A DNA stretch of 64,000 nt from Candidatus Dojkabacteria bacterium (GCA_030834985.1 JAUQWV010000007.1:4321-68320); one strand, 5' to 3'. Counted from the first letter of the stretch, positions 26,606 to 37,756 are shown. Made by a program: numbers and translations. Notes: generated by a model from the sequence alone, not told the origin.

Positions 26606-29389
26606 TTAGATTACTATATTTAGAACTTTATTTTTTATGTATATAACCTTTTTTGGTTCACCTACAACAAATTTCTTTACTTGGTCCAATATCATGGCCT
26701 TTTCAACAACTGACGATTCTTCAGAATCAAAGTCTATGTTTAATGTTGCTCTAAGCTTGCCATTTATTTGTATCGCAATTGTTACTTGCTCCTCAATATT
26801 TAGGCTAGAATTGTATTCTGGCCAGCTTTGAGTATGAATGCTATATTCAAAACCATTTAAATTCCAAAGTTCTTCTGTAATGAATGGCGCAAAAGGCGCT
26901 AATAATCTTAAGAATACTGACCACGATAATCTATCTACTTTTTCAAAGCTGGCCAAAGAGTTAGTAGCTTCCATAAACTTTGCTACAGCTGTGTTAAAGG
27001 ATAAATCATCGATATCATCAGAGATCTTTTTTACTAATTTGTTTACAATTCGTTGCTGTTTGGTTGCGTTTTCGTTATCTATTGATTCAGCAACTTTATC
27101 GTTTAAAGTCCAAACTTTACTTAAGAATCTAAATACGCCGCTTTCTGTTCTATCATTCCAAGGCTTTGGGTCTTCTAATGGCCCCATAAACATCTCATAC
27201 ATTCTTAAAGTATCAGCTCCATATTTTTCTACTTCTGTATTGGGATTGATTACGTTGCCCCATCTTTTACTCATTTTTCTACCATCTGAGCCTAGAATTA
27301 ACCCCATATGCCGCATTTTATAGAATGGCTCATCAAAGTTGATTAGTTTTTGGTCGTATAAAAACTTTGTGAAAAATCGAGAATACAAACAATGTAAAAC
27401 TGTATGCTCAACACCAATCATATACAAATCAGTAGGTAACCAATAATTCATATCTTCTGTTCTTGCAAATACATCAGTAGCATCGGGTGAACAATATCTT
27501 AAAAAATACCAGCTAGAATCTACAAAGGTATCCATTGTATCTACTTCAAAGTGCCAACCTTTCCCATATTTTTCTTCAGCTAGTTTTTTAAAACTTTCAC
27601 TTCTAGCAATAGGAGATTCTCCAGTTGGTTTAAAATCTACATCTTCTGGCAATAATAATGGTAAATCTTTTTCTTCAAGTGCATGCGGGTTGCCCTGTGG
27701 ATCGTAAACAATAGGAATAGGGCAACCCCAATATCGTTGCCTTGATACTAACCAGTCACGTAAACGATATGTAGTTTTTTTACTGCCGATTCCTTCTTTT
27801 TCTAACCATTCTTGCATTTTAGATGCAGCTTCTTGTGAGCTTAACCCGTCAAACTTATCTGAATTAATTAAAGTACCGTAGTTGGTAGGGCAAACTTTCT
27901 CTTTATAATCAGAGTTGTACAACATCTCCCATAAACTTTTATATTGGCGAACACCTTCTTCAAAATCTTTCATTTTTAGCCAGGTTCGCTCATCTTCCAA
28001 GAATTTTGGGATTCTTGCTACGTCAGTTCCCCCAAATTCGTCTTTATCGTTTCCAAATACTATTACTGCTTCAGATTCACTTACTGCATCATGCCAGGCA
28101 TACTGACCTTCGACGCTATCTGTTGCATATTCAATGAATTCATCAATAAACTCAGCATTGAATTTAAATAAAACTTCATCATTAGTCTTTTTTATATAAA
28201 CAGGATTAAATTTTTGTATTTGAGTTAGAAATTTATCAAAGTCATTACTCCATTTTCTGGCAATATAACTGATATATTCTTGCTGTGTAGGAATAATAAC
28301 GTTTTTAATAGGGATATCAAATTTTAATGCAAATTCCATATCTCGCTCGTCATGAGCAGGGACTGCCATAATTGCGCCAGTTCCATAAGTATTTAATACA
28401 TAATCTACAACGTAGATTGGAACCTCTTGATTATTGAATGGATTAATAGCCATAACACCTTCTAATTTCACTCCGCTTTTTTCTTTATCAGTTTGCCTTT
28501 GTAAATCTGTTTTATTTCTTGCTTGATTAATGTATGCTTCTACATCACTCCAATTAGAAATATTATCTTTTATTTGCTGTAAAATTTGATTCTCGGGTGA
28601 TAGTGCAGTGTAAGTGCAGCCGAAAATGGTATCAATTCGGGTAGTGAATATTTCAAAGGAGCCTACTTCATTTTCGGCTGCCTTAATCTTAAAATTAACA
28701 GTAGTACCTTCACTTTTACCGATCCAATTTCTTTGCATCAATTTGGTGCTTTCAGGCCAGTCCACTTTATCTAGGTCATGATGCAATCTATCTGCATATG
28801 CAGTTATTTTAAACTGCCATTGGCTCATCTCTTTTTGTTCAACCGGTGTATCGCATCTTTCGCATCTGCCGTTTATAACTTGTTCGTTTGCTAAAACTGT
28901 TTGGTCCTTAGGACACCAATTGACCCGTACATTTGCTTTATATGCTAATCCATTTTTAAATAATTGAATGAATAACCACTGAGTCCATTTGTAATAGTCA
29001 GGTCTATGTGCACCAACTTCTTTATCCCAATCTACTGAAATTCCAACATTGTTGATCTGGTCAATAAAAGAAGGAATAACTTCTTCGGTACTTTGTTTAG
29101 GTGGGATTCCTGTTTTTATTGCATAGTTTTCGGCTGGTAATCCAAAGGAATCCCACCCCATAGGCAACGTGGTATTATATCCTTTCATTCGGTAGTAGCG
29201 AGCTACAATATCATTTGCTACCATTCCTTCTACGTGTCCAACATGTAAGCCAGCTCCCGATGGATAAGGAAATGAATACAAGGAGTAAAATTTCTTTTTA
29301 GATTTGTCGACAGATGCTTTGTAGAGTTTTTCTGATAACCATTTTTCTTTCCATTTATTTTCGAACTCTTTGGGATTAAAACTACTCAT
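26606..29389 (-). CDS. leuS: leucine--tRNA ligase
   Basis: HVGH (HIGH) motif in PYPSGAGLHVGHVEGMV. KMSKR (KMSKS) motif. 927 aa. Confidence 0.95.
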   Translation of the reverse strand: MSSFNPKEFENKWKEKWLSEKLYKASVDKSKKKFYSLYSFPYPSGAGLHVGHVEGMVANDIVARYYRMKGYNTTLPMGWDSFGLPAENYAIKTGIPPKQSTEEVIPSFIDQINNVGISVDWDKEVGAHRPDYYKWTQWLFIQLFKNGLAYKANVRVNWCPKDQTVLANEQVINGRCERCDTPVEQKEMSQWQFKITAYADRLHHDLDKVDWPESTKLMQRNWIGKSEGTTVNFKIKAAENEVGSFEIFTTRIDTIFGCTYTALSPENQILQQIKDNISNWSDVEAYINQARNKTDLQRQTDKEKSGVKLEGVMAINPFNNQEVPIYVVDYVLNTYGTGAIMAVPAHDERDMEFALKFDIPIKNVIIPTQQEYISYIARKWSNDFDKFLTQIQKFNPVYIKKTNDEVLFKFNAEFIDEFIEYATDSVEGQYAWHDAVSESEAVIVFGNDKDEFGGTDVARIPKFLEDERTWLKMKDFEEGVRQYKSLWEMLYNSDYKEKVCPTNYGTLINSDKFDGLSSQEAASKMQEWLEKEGIGSKKTTYRLRDWLVSRQRYWGCPIPIVYDPQGNPHALEEKDLPLLLPEDVDFKPTGESPIARSESFKKLAEEKYGKGWHFEVDTMDTFVDSSWYFLRYCSPDATDVFARTEDMNYWLPTDLYMIGVEHTVLHCLYSRFFTKFLYDQKLINFDEPFYKMRHMGLILGSDGRKMSKRWGNVINPNTEVEKYGADTLRMYEMFMGPLEDPKPWNDRTESGVFRFLSKVWTLNDKVAESIDNENATKQQRIVNKLVKKISDDIDDLSFNTAVAKFMEATNSLASFEKVDRLSWSVFLRLLAPFAPFITEELWNLNGFEYSIHTQSWPEYNSSLNIEEQVTIAIQINGKLRATLNIDFDSEESSVVEKAMILDQVKKFVVGEPKKVIYIKNKVLNIVI

Positions 29390-29504
29390 AGAAAACGTTT
29401 AAAAATACGCTTGTATTTTAGTATTAGATGTCTCAAAAGACAATACACAAAGGCTAATTCTAGCTATAACTTTGTGAATTAAGCGTTTCGAGGTAAAATC
29501 AGGT

Positions 29505-30077
29505 ATGAGTTTGTTACAAAAAGTCCCAAAAATCAGAACAGATTTAGTATTTTTTATTATTGGGTTCCTGATTTTCCCGATCGTTGTAATTCTAGCAATA
29601 TATTCTATTTTTAGTGTTAAGGATGACATTGATAGATCTATACTGAGTTTCCCAATTGATAGTATAAATATTATAAATGAGCAGGATGATGTTGCCAGAC
29701 AGTCTCCGATAGGTACAAGCTCTGAGCCTGATCAATCAGAAACTACTCAAACAGAAAATGAATCTAGCCCTAGAACTTCTTCAATTAGTACAGTTAGGAC
29801 TGGACACTCTGAAGCCGGTTTGCGCCGGTCTCAAGAAAATTCAGCCGCTATCTCGCAAACCGGCTTCTGGAACCCTACCCAATATCAATATGGTGATATA
29901 GTTGAAAACACATACGTTGTACAACAGGGCGATACTTTATGGCAGATTGCACAGGCATATTATAGTAATGGTGAAGATTGGCACAAAATCTTAGAGAGTA
30001 ACAAAGATTTAATAGGTTTTTTACCTTCGGGCGAGCAGGCATTAATATATCCAAACCAAATTTTAGTTTTACCTTAA
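29505..30077 (+). CDS. membrane-anchored LysM-domain protein
   Basis: C-terminal LysM (YVVQQGDTLWQIAQAYYSNGEDWHKILESN). N-terminal TM. Confidence 0.7.
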   Translation: MSLLQKVPKIRTDLVFFIIGFLIFPIVVILAIYSIFSVKDDIDRSILSFPIDSINIINEQDDVARQSPIGTSSEPDQSETTQTENESSPRTSSISTVRTGHSEAGLRRSQENSAAISQTGFWNPTQYQYGDIVENTYVVQQGDTLWQIAQAYYSNGEDWHKILESNKDLIGFLPSGEQALIYPNQILVLP

Positions 30078-30821
30078 TACTAAATTTTTTAAATCTTCTG
30101 GTAATTTAGCAATGTCTTCTGGAAATGTTTCTTTGATCTCTTTAATAATTGTAGCTGGATCAGGATATCTTCCATTTTGTTTAATAGTATCGATATATGC
30201 TTGCTTACCGTTTTTCCAAAAAAATTCTTCTTCTTGTTTAACTTGGGAGGTTAATAAATTGTATTGTTCCTGATTCAAGACATTTAAATCGACTAAGTCT
30301 GAATAAACGATCTCCAACTCTTCTGCAATAGTTAGATTAGAATTATCTAATACACGTGTATAAGAATCTTCAATTTTTGCTTTGTCAAAAAAATCTACAT
30401 CAAAAAGCTCCTTGTAAGTTTTTGTTAATGAAGCATCTCTTTTACCGATATAATCTACATCTTTTTGTCTGCCATCTTTAACAAGCCGGCTAATTCTTAC
30501 TTTCTGCGGCGCTTGCAAAAAAACTGAATATACATTGGGATTATCTTTTGTAAAAAAACCAGAGATATCTGTTTCTGTAACAATTTGTGATTTATTGTCA
30601 GCAATCCACTGCATATATTTTTCAAAAATTGGTCCCCAGTGTGGCTCTAAAAGTTCATCTGCTTTTACTCGATCTTCACCGGTATTCTCAAAATTAATTT
30701 GCTGTCCTAAGTATCTAAAAGTAGAGGAGCCTTGTAATAAAGTGAAACCTAAGGTTTTTGCTAAGATAATTGCTAATGTAGATTGTCCAACTCCTGGCCA
30801 TCCGGAAACTATTATATTCAT
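30069..30821 (-). CDS. P-loop kinase-like protein with degenerate Walker A (GWPGVGQST)
   Basis: GxxGxG(K→Q)ST at the N-terminus. Cytidylate-kinase-like size and topology. Confidence 0.55.
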   Translation of the reverse strand: MNIIVSGWPGVGQSTLAIILAKTLGFTLLQGSSTFRYLGQQINFENTGEDRVKADELLEPHWGPIFEKYMQWIADNKSQIVTETDISGFFTKDNPNVYSVFLQAPQKVRISRLVKDGRQKDVDYIGKRDASLTKTYKELFDVDFFDKAKIEDSYTRVLDNSNLTIAEELEIVYSDLVDLNVLNQEQYNLLTSQVKQEEEFFWKNGKQAYIDTIKQNGRYPDPATIIKEIKETFPEDIAKLPEDLKNLVLR

Positions 30822-30950
30822 AGTAATTATATAAACGTTAATTGATAGTTAGTATATCATTTACGGCTTAAAAGAATTATTCTTTATTATAACTTACCAT
30901 TTTATTCAATTTTTGCTAGTATTATATTAGGTAATTTTTTAAAGGCATTT

Positions 30951-31769
30951 ATGGAGCAAACAGATGTACATGCTGTAAATCCTCAAGATCACAGCTCCAC
31001 CCTTACCCTTGTTTTAATAGGAATAGTAATAATTGTGGCTTTAGGTTTAGTTGTAGGTGTAGTGGGCTATTTAGCTTTAACTACAGGGACAAATGAAACT
31101 GCAAATAACGAAACTGCAACAAATAGCACTAATAATCAGCAGAATCTTCAATCTTATATAACAGTTGAAACTCCATCAGAGAATGCACAACTGAATGGTG
31201 AAGTTTTAGTAACAGGAACTGCAAGTGGAGATATTACTTTATTAAAAGTTGAGTTATTTGATATGCATGATAATAGATTAGCTTTAGGTAACGTGCCAAT
31301 CTCAGTAATGGATGGTGCTGAAAATACTTGGCAAACACAATTAGATGTAATTACATCTCCTCTAAGCGCAGAAGGAAGAATAGTTGTTACTTCTGAAAAT
31401 CCGAATTTTACAAAACAAATAGATATTGTTTTTGAAAGTTATACTGACTCTCCTGATTATTTAACAATCTTTGCACCTTTAAAAAATCAGGTAATTTTAA
31501 GCGATAATATTACAGTTCACGGAGAAGCTAAGGGATTATTTGAAGGGACGTTAAACTTAAGGTTAATAGATGAAGTCGGAAATACAGTTTATGAAGATGC
31601 AATTACAATTCCAGATCAAGAGGAAGCTTTCAAAGAATTTACTTACGAACTATCAATTCCTGGCTTATCTTCTGCAATAGGTGAAATTGGCATTTGGGAA
31701 TTCTATTATGTAAGTGCGATAGATGGTCAAGATGTAATTCTGCAAACAATCCCAGTAAGATTCCTGTAA
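30951..31769 (+). CDS. hypothetical membrane-anchored secreted protein
   Basis: N-terminal TM followed by an Asn/Thr-rich linker and a beta-rich domain. Confidence 0.5.
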   Translation: MEQTDVHAVNPQDHSSTLTLVLIGIVIIVALGLVVGVVGYLALTTGTNETANNETATNSTNNQQNLQSYITVETPSENAQLNGEVLVTGTASGDITLLKVELFDMHDNRLALGNVPISVMDGAENTWQTQLDVITSPLSAEGRIVVTSENPNFTKQIDIVFESYTDSPDYLTIFAPLKNQVILSDNITVHGEAKGLFEGTLNLRLIDEVGNTVYEDAITIPDQEEAFKEFTYELSIPGLSSAIGEIGIWEFYYVSAIDGQDVILQTIPVRFL

Positions 31770-31792
31770 TTTTAGTATGGTAAAATTTGCTT

Positions 31793-33151
31793 ATGACTAA
31801 TAAGCAAAAATATATTGATATCCTCTCTAAACCAGGCCTTTCCAAAGAAGTTGTAGAGTCAATCTCTAAATCTAAAGAAGAGCCTCAATGGATGACAGAC
31901 ATGCGTCTGAGAGCCTATGAACACTATATGGAAAGGCCTGTTCCTACATGGGGTGCTGACCTTTCAGGCTTTAAAGACGACAATATCCAATTCTATGTTG
32001 TACCAGGTTCAAAAAAAAAGAGAAACTGGGATGAAGTTCCAAGTGAGGTAAAAAAAACATTTGAAGAATTAAAGATTCCTGAAGCTGAACGTAAATTTCT
32101 AGCAGGTGTTGAAACACAATTCGATTCTTCTGTAATTTATGGAAGAATGAAGGAAAAGTGGGAAAGCCAAGGAGTAATTTTTACAGATACTGATACTGGT
32201 GTAAAGGAACATCCTGAAATTTTTAAAAAATGGTTTGGCAAGGTTGTTCCTCACACAGATAATAAATATGCTGCTTTAAATACTGCATGCTGGAGCGGAG
32301 GCAGCTTTGTTTATGTTCCAAAGGGTGTAAAAGTAGAGATTCCGCTTCAGGCATATTTTTATATTCAAACACAAAATCTGGGACAGTTTGAGCGCACACT
32401 TATTGTTGCTGATGAAGGAGCTGAAGTTCAATATGTTGAAGGCTGCACTGCACCTACATACTCAACAGATGTTCTTCATTCGGGAGTAATAGAGCTTGTA
32501 GCATTAAAAGGTGCACGTATTCGCTATACTACGATTCAAAACTGGTCTAAGAATGTATATAACCTTGTTACTCAGCGAGGCTTAGCCCATGAGAATGCAA
32601 CAATTGAATGGGTGGATTGTAATTTAGGATCTTACAAGACAATGAAATATCCGTCGGTACTTTTAGTTGGTAATAATTCTCATGGTGAAGTGTTGTCTAT
32701 CGCGGTAGCTGATGGAGTTCAGCATTTAGATAGTGGTGCCAAGATGATCCATATGGGTAAGAATACCAGCAGTGTTATAACTACTAAATCTATTTGTAAA
32801 AAAGGTGGACGAACCAGCTACCGCGGCTTAGTAAAAGTTGTAAAAGGTGCAAAAAATGCAAAAGTAAAGGTTGTATGTGATGCGTTAATACTAGACAATA
32901 TTTCTCAAACAGATACTTATCCTTATAATGAAATTTACGAAAAAGCTACTCGAATTGAACACGAAGCTTCTGTGAGCAAAGTTTCTGAAAATCAACTTTA
33001 CTATTTAATGTCACGAGGTATCTCTGAGGAGGAAGCTGGAGGACTAATAGTGTCTGGCTTTGTTGAGCCTATTGCAAAAGAACTGCCAATGGAATATGCT
33101 ATGGAGATGAACAATTTAATTCGTATGTCTATGAAAGGCAGCGTTGGATAA
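31793..33151 (+). CDS. sufB: Fe-S cluster assembly scaffold SufB/SufD family
   Basis: C-terminal beta-helix with …HEASVSKVSENQLYYLMSRGISEEEA… conserved block. First ATG at 31793 (track starts with TTG at 31787). Confidence 0.8.
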   Translation: MTNKQKYIDILSKPGLSKEVVESISKSKEEPQWMTDMRLRAYEHYMERPVPTWGADLSGFKDDNIQFYVVPGSKKKRNWDEVPSEVKKTFEELKIPEAERKFLAGVETQFDSSVIYGRMKEKWESQGVIFTDTDTGVKEHPEIFKKWFGKVVPHTDNKYAALNTACWSGGSFVYVPKGVKVEIPLQAYFYIQTQNLGQFERTLIVADEGAEVQYVEGCTAPTYSTDVLHSGVIELVALKGARIRYTTIQNWSKNVYNLVTQRGLAHENATIEWVDCNLGSYKTMKYPSVLLVGNNSHGEVLSIAVADGVQHLDSGAKMIHMGKNTSSVITTKSICKKGGRTSYRGLVKVVKGAKNAKVKVVCDALILDNISQTDTYPYNEIYEKATRIEHEASVSKVSENQLYYLMSRGISEEEAGGLIVSGFVEPIAKELPMEYAMEMNNLIRMSMKGSVG

Positions 33152-33169
33152 TTCTTGTAAATTTGAATT

Positions 33170-36100
33170 ATGGCAAATCCTAAAGACCCTGCAAGTCAGA
33201 ATGATATTCCTACTTTAACAGGTCTATCGACAGAACTTGGTATAAACCTAGATGAAGTTGGTTTTGAAACTCTAAATACTTTTCTTGATAAGATTCAAAG
33301 TGAAGATCCACAGCAGATTGAAAGTGCAACAGAAGGGTTAGAGCTTTTAATTAACGCTCATGAAAGCGATACAGGAAGAAGTTATGATCAGTTATTAGAC
33401 TTTTTTACTAAAGTTATAGACCATTTAACAGAAGCTTTAAAGTCAGGCGCTCCGTTAGATACTTCGTATGAAAATTTACTTAAAGTATTAGAACGAATTC
33501 AATTATCAAAAGCAAATAATGAATCACTTGCAAATGGTATTTCGAATAGCTTGTTCAATTTAGCAAAAGTACTTCAAACTCAAGGGCAGGCTTCTTTTTT
33601 AAATAACTTCTTAAATGATATGGCAACTAATCCGACAGGATTAACTGCAGAATCTGAATTAAAAATAGTTGAGCTTACTTTAAAAGATGCCGATGCTAAA
33701 CGATTATTAAATAATGGGTTTATAGAACGGCTTATTTATACTAACTTAGAAAACGATACTCTTGGAATTATTCCTCAAGAACTTCAAGCTTTAGCTCCTG
33801 AATACGCGAAATGTATTATTGATTTGATTACAAGCAATGCGCTATCTTTGAATAAACTTAATAATATTCTAATTAAGTTTTCTGGAGCGGAATTTTTGGA
33901 GGTATTTACTTCTAAACTCGTTGCCTCACCCGATCAGCAGTATTTAGATAGCACTAAACAAAAATTCCGCGAATTAGTCTTATCTTTACAAAAAAATGTT
34001 GAATTAGATAATCCGATATTTTCTAATCTTAAAAAGATAGTTTTTGAACTTTTTGGTGAGGAGTTTGCTAACGAGCTGCTTGAATATAATACAAAAGGTC
34101 CAAAACTTGAGCAGCTGGCGGATAGCTTAAATGATCAAGAACTTTCATTGGAGCAAAAGCACCAGGTGTTAAAGGATGTATTAAAGTTATTAGAAGAGGA
34201 AAAAAGAAAAGATAGCCCTGATGATAGAGTTCTTAAGAAAGTTTTTGGTATTGTATTAGGTAATTTTCGTCGATTAAACCTTGCAGATGCGGAAAGCTAC
34301 AAAATTGATTCTTATGGTAGAACACTAACTACAGTAGCAATAGAATTATATAAAAACTCATTCGAAACAGGCAGACCTGAAGCTAGAATCTTAGGTAATA
34401 CAGGAACACTAGCGATTGTTGAAAATAAAATTATAGATGGACTCAAATTGCTTAAAGAAGATAGGGTAGACTATTCTGGAATCCAAGAACTATATTTAAT
34501 ATTAATTGATAATCCTGATGTATACGCTGCATTTCCTGCAGTGCACTCACAAATTTTTGAAAATATAGCGTTTGCTTTGCCAAATCAAACAGCATTAAGA
34601 CTTTTAAAAAGGCTTTATACAAAACTTACAGGTATAGATGAGGTGGAAGATATTCTTCAATTCGATCAAATTACTACTGTTGACCAAGTTAGGGCGAAGC
34701 AAGATGCATTACAGGAAATCCCAATTGGTGAATTTATATCTTGGATTGCGTTTAGATCAGATGAAAGTGCGGATGAATTACTAGATAAGCTCCAAGGAAG
34801 AGAAGGCGACAGCACAATTGCAGAACTAATAGAACTTATTAATGTTATAAGGCCGGAAATTAGACAAAAGTTTGATGAGCGTGCATACGAAAGACGCGAA
34901 AAAAGAACTGATAGTATTAAATCAAGAATTGGTGAATCACTTGCTGCAGTTAGGATTGAAATGATTACTGATTCTATTAAACGTGATGAATTAAAAAAAC
35001 TAGAATTACAACGAACTTGGAAAGAAAAAGCTGTGCATGGAATTGAATCCACTTTAAGTTTTGGTAGATTTAAGTTTAATAAATTCCGAACAGAGTGGCG
35101 AAAAGGTATAGATGAAAAATTAAAAGAGAATGTTCAAGAAGAATCTAAAAGACAAAAGAAAATGATAGTTGAAGTAGGAGTTGATTCACTTTTAGAAGTG
35201 ATAAAAGCTAATTCTAGTCAGTATAGATACGATGCTGATTTCATTTATGTATTATCAGATTCAAAAACAAGAAATCAGTTCGAAGCTATTTTAATTGAAT
35301 TATATAAGCTTTATTCAGACGAAGAATATGCTTCTTTAAGACCAAAGATAGCACAAATTTTTGAATCTTATTCATTAGATCATAATGTACTTGAATTTTT
35401 ATCTCCAGAGTTAAGAGCTGTTAGAATCCCTTTATTAAAAGCTAAGTTAGAAACATATCAGAATAAATATACAGACTTTTTAGGTGAAGAACTAAGAGTT
35501 GAAGAGATAGAGGGGAATCGTATTGCAAGTATAAGATTAAAACTACGGGGTGAGTTAACAAAAAAACAAGAAGAGCAAAAGCTATCAGAGCAATATCTAG
35601 AAGTTGCTAAACCTAGGAATATTGCTATTAAGGAACTTGAAATAATTTTATCTGACAAAAGGCTATACGATATCTATATCGATACTCCAGGTTTTGAAGA
35701 TTTATTAGTTTCTACAATTGATTCGCTTGTTGCTTCTGGACTTAGATCTTCATATGATGTCGGATTTATAATGTATCTAATACAAGAAACAAATTCTCTA
35801 GGACATTCAATTTGGGATAGTTTACCTGCACAAACCAGATTAAAAGCAGCTGAAACATTGTTATCTAGCTTTACAGAAGGTACGCAAGAATATAGAAAGA
35901 TTGTTCTAAAACTTCTAAAAAATCCAACGCCACCTCCAGCGTTTGTTAGAAGTGACTTCAGTAATTATTTGTCTGCAGTCTACATATACGCGCAAGAAAC
36001 AAACGCTGAATTCAGAAATAAAATTCAGATAGTTCTTGAAGAAGAACCGGTAAGTACAAAACGTAGATTATTTTCTAGAAAGAAAGAAGAAAACCCTAGA

Positions 36101-37234
36101 AATGAATTCTTGTCTGAATTTGATCAGCTAGATAACTTCTTAAATGGTCCTGATGCTGTAACAAATCCAAAAGTAATAGGCTATTTGGCTGCAATTAGAA
36201 GAGAAAGTAGGCTGCATCAGAAAAACTTAGCTAACAGACAAGCTGTTAACGAGTTAGTTACTACAAATGCTGATAATATTTCTCAGATACAAACAGTATT
36301 AAATCCTGATAATAATATATTTACAAAAGAAGCAGCCACTGTTATTCCACAACTAGATTCTGCTGAAAAGCTCTTCAATAAACTAAATGAAAAGAATAAT
36401 AGAGAAGTATTTGTACAAGGAATTATAAACGTTGATCAGGCAAATATAGAAAACTTAACAAAAGTTATCAGCAGCTTAATAAATCTGTATTACCTGTTAA
36501 TGTTCTTTAAAAAAGATGCTGCATTGAAAACGTGCGAAGAGATTATGCGCTTTGTTACAGATGTAATTAATTCTGCTTCAGAAAGACCCGACTTTTTTAC
36601 AAATGACCTAAAAAGTTTACTAGAACAAAAAGCAAAGCAATATGTGCCAATTATTAGAGATTCTGAAACAGCAGATGCTACCGTCGTTGTAGCTCAGCTA
36701 AGTACTGACATCAATAATTCTGCAGAAAGTGTTAATAATTATGAAATTAACAGAATGTCAATGATAACGTTCAATAGAATAAAGTCTGTGAACGAACTAA
36801 TTAAAAATGGAGAAGTAACAAGCAGAAGCAGAGTTTTAACTTTGTTAGCAAGCGTAGAAGATACACTTGGCAATTTAGATGAAGAAACAATAAAGATTTT
36901 ATTAAAAAAGCTTGTTGAAGGTGACAATAATAAGAAAGTATTCCAAGAATTTATAGCAAATCTATTTATATATATGTACCATTGCCAAAGATGGTCTGTA
37001 ATACAAGGTAGTATTGAACATTTATTTGAGATATTAATAAAAGCAGTAAGCAAGGATACTTTGTTTGCATTGGAAAATATTGAACAGGTAATAGACTCAT
37101 GTATTGAGAAGTTTACAAAGCGTAGTGCAAGAGGAAGAACAATTAAAGTAGCAAACATTCCTAATAAATTTTTAGACGGAAGATTTGAGAAAATGCGTAA
37201 TACTATAACCAAAGTTCGTACTAAAGCAGCTTAA
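33170..37234 (+). CDS. giant hypothetical all-alpha protein (1354 aa), no recognisable domain
   Basis: Uninterrupted ORF with ATG start. No TM or signal. Leu/Glu/Lys-rich helical composition. Confidence 0.65.
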   Translation: MANPKDPASQNDIPTLTGLSTELGINLDEVGFETLNTFLDKIQSEDPQQIESATEGLELLINAHESDTGRSYDQLLDFFTKVIDHLTEALKSGAPLDTSYENLLKVLERIQLSKANNESLANGISNSLFNLAKVLQTQGQASFLNNFLNDMATNPTGLTAESELKIVELTLKDADAKRLLNNGFIERLIYTNLENDTLGIIPQELQALAPEYAKCIIDLITSNALSLNKLNNILIKFSGAEFLEVFTSKLVASPDQQYLDSTKQKFRELVLSLQKNVELDNPIFSNLKKIVFELFGEEFANELLEYNTKGPKLEQLADSLNDQELSLEQKHQVLKDVLKLLEEEKRKDSPDDRVLKKVFGIVLGNFRRLNLADAESYKIDSYGRTLTTVAIELYKNSFETGRPEARILGNTGTLAIVENKIIDGLKLLKEDRVDYSGIQELYLILIDNPDVYAAFPAVHSQIFENIAFALPNQTALRLLKRLYTKLTGIDEVEDILQFDQITTVDQVRAKQDALQEIPIGEFISWIAFRSDESADELLDKLQGREGDSTIAELIELINVIRPEIRQKFDERAYERREKRTDSIKSRIGESLAAVRIEMITDSIKRDELKKLELQRTWKEKAVHGIESTLSFGRFKFNKFRTEWRKGIDEKLKENVQEESKRQKKMIVEVGVDSLLEVIKANSSQYRYDADFIYVLSDSKTRNQFEAILIELYKLYSDEEYASLRPKIAQIFESYSLDHNVLEFLSPELRAVRIPLLKAKLETYQNKYTDFLGEELRVEEIEGNRIASIRLKLRGELTKKQEEQKLSEQYLEVAKPRNIAIKELEIILSDKRLYDIYIDTPGFEDLLVSTIDSLVASGLRSSYDVGFIMYLIQETNSLGHSIWDSLPAQTRLKAAETLLSSFTEGTQEYRKIVLKLLKNPTPPPAFVRSDFSNYLSAVYIYAQETNAEFRNKIQIVLEEEPVSTKRRLFSRKKEENPRNEFLSEFDQLDNFLNGPDAVTNPKVIGYLAAIRRESRLHQKNLANRQAVNELVTTNADNISQIQTVLNPDNNIFTKEAATVIPQLDSAEKLFNKLNEKNNREVFVQGIINVDQANIENLTKVISSLINLYYLLMFFKKDAALKTCEEIMRFVTDVINSASERPDFFTNDLKSLLEQKAKQYVPIIRDSETADATVVVAQLSTDINNSAESVNNYEINRMSMITFNRIKSVNELIKNGEVTSRSRVLTLLASVEDTLGNLDEETIKILLKKLVEGDNNKKVFQEFIANLFIYMYHCQRWSVIQGSIEHLFEILIKAVSKDTLFALENIEQVIDSCIEKFTKRSARGRTIKVANIPNKFLDGRFEKMRNTITKVRTKAA

Positions 37235-37249
37235 TTTTATAAATAGCCT

Positions 37250-37756
37250 ATGGATGCACCTGCAATATCAACAAAAAATTTAATAGAAAAAAATATTTGG
37301 GAAGTTATAGGTTTAGATATAAGTGAAGAAGCCCAATCTGAACAACTTACTGAATTTACCGAAGCTGCATGGCTGTTACTTATAGATCAAAAGCTACCTA
37401 AAGTTATTGGACAAGGAGAATACAAATCTTTATGTGAGAGTTTCAATAGTAAATCAGTTTCGATTGATCAGTTTGTACAGCGGATTCAAGATATTTATGC
37501 TGCAAACGGAGCAGACATAAATAAAGATTTTGATGAAGCTATGGAAGAGGTTCTTGAAATTTTTGTTGAGGATCAAATTGCTTTTTTAGAAAAAAGAATT
37601 AAAGCTATTAAAGATGAAACAGAGCGAGGTGTTAAATTATCCTTAATTAATAATCTTAAAGAACTATTTACATCAAAACAATGGGATCAAATGGGCGAGA
37701 TATTCAAAAAGATAGAGGGATACCAGCTTCCTGAATCACTTGTTCTACATCTGTAA
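37250..37756 (+). CDS. hypothetical helical protein (168 aa)
   Basis: ATG 15 nt after the giant gene's stop. Its 3' end overlaps the convergent dus gene by about 50 nt. Confidence 0.5.
   Translation: MDAPAISTKNLIEKNIWEVIGLDISEEAQSEQLTEFTEAAWLLLIDQKLPKVIGQGEYKSLCESFNSKSVSIDQFVQRIQDIYAANGADINKDFDEAMEEVLEIFVEDQIAFLEKRIKAIKDETERGVKLSLINNLKELFTSKQWDQMGEIFKKIEGYQLPESLVLHL

Noticed and set aside
26637-28106. Plus-strand ORFs antisense to leuS (26637-26831, 26838-27323, 27915-28106)
   Set aside because: They lie inside a gene with unmistakable LeuRS motifs and have no independent support.
34666-37212. Antisense ORFs inside the 1354-aa gene (34666-35052, 35458-35658, 36739-37212)
   Set aside because: Ser/Ile-rich translations of the reverse frame of an AT-rich Lys/Glu/Leu gene. 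No RBS.
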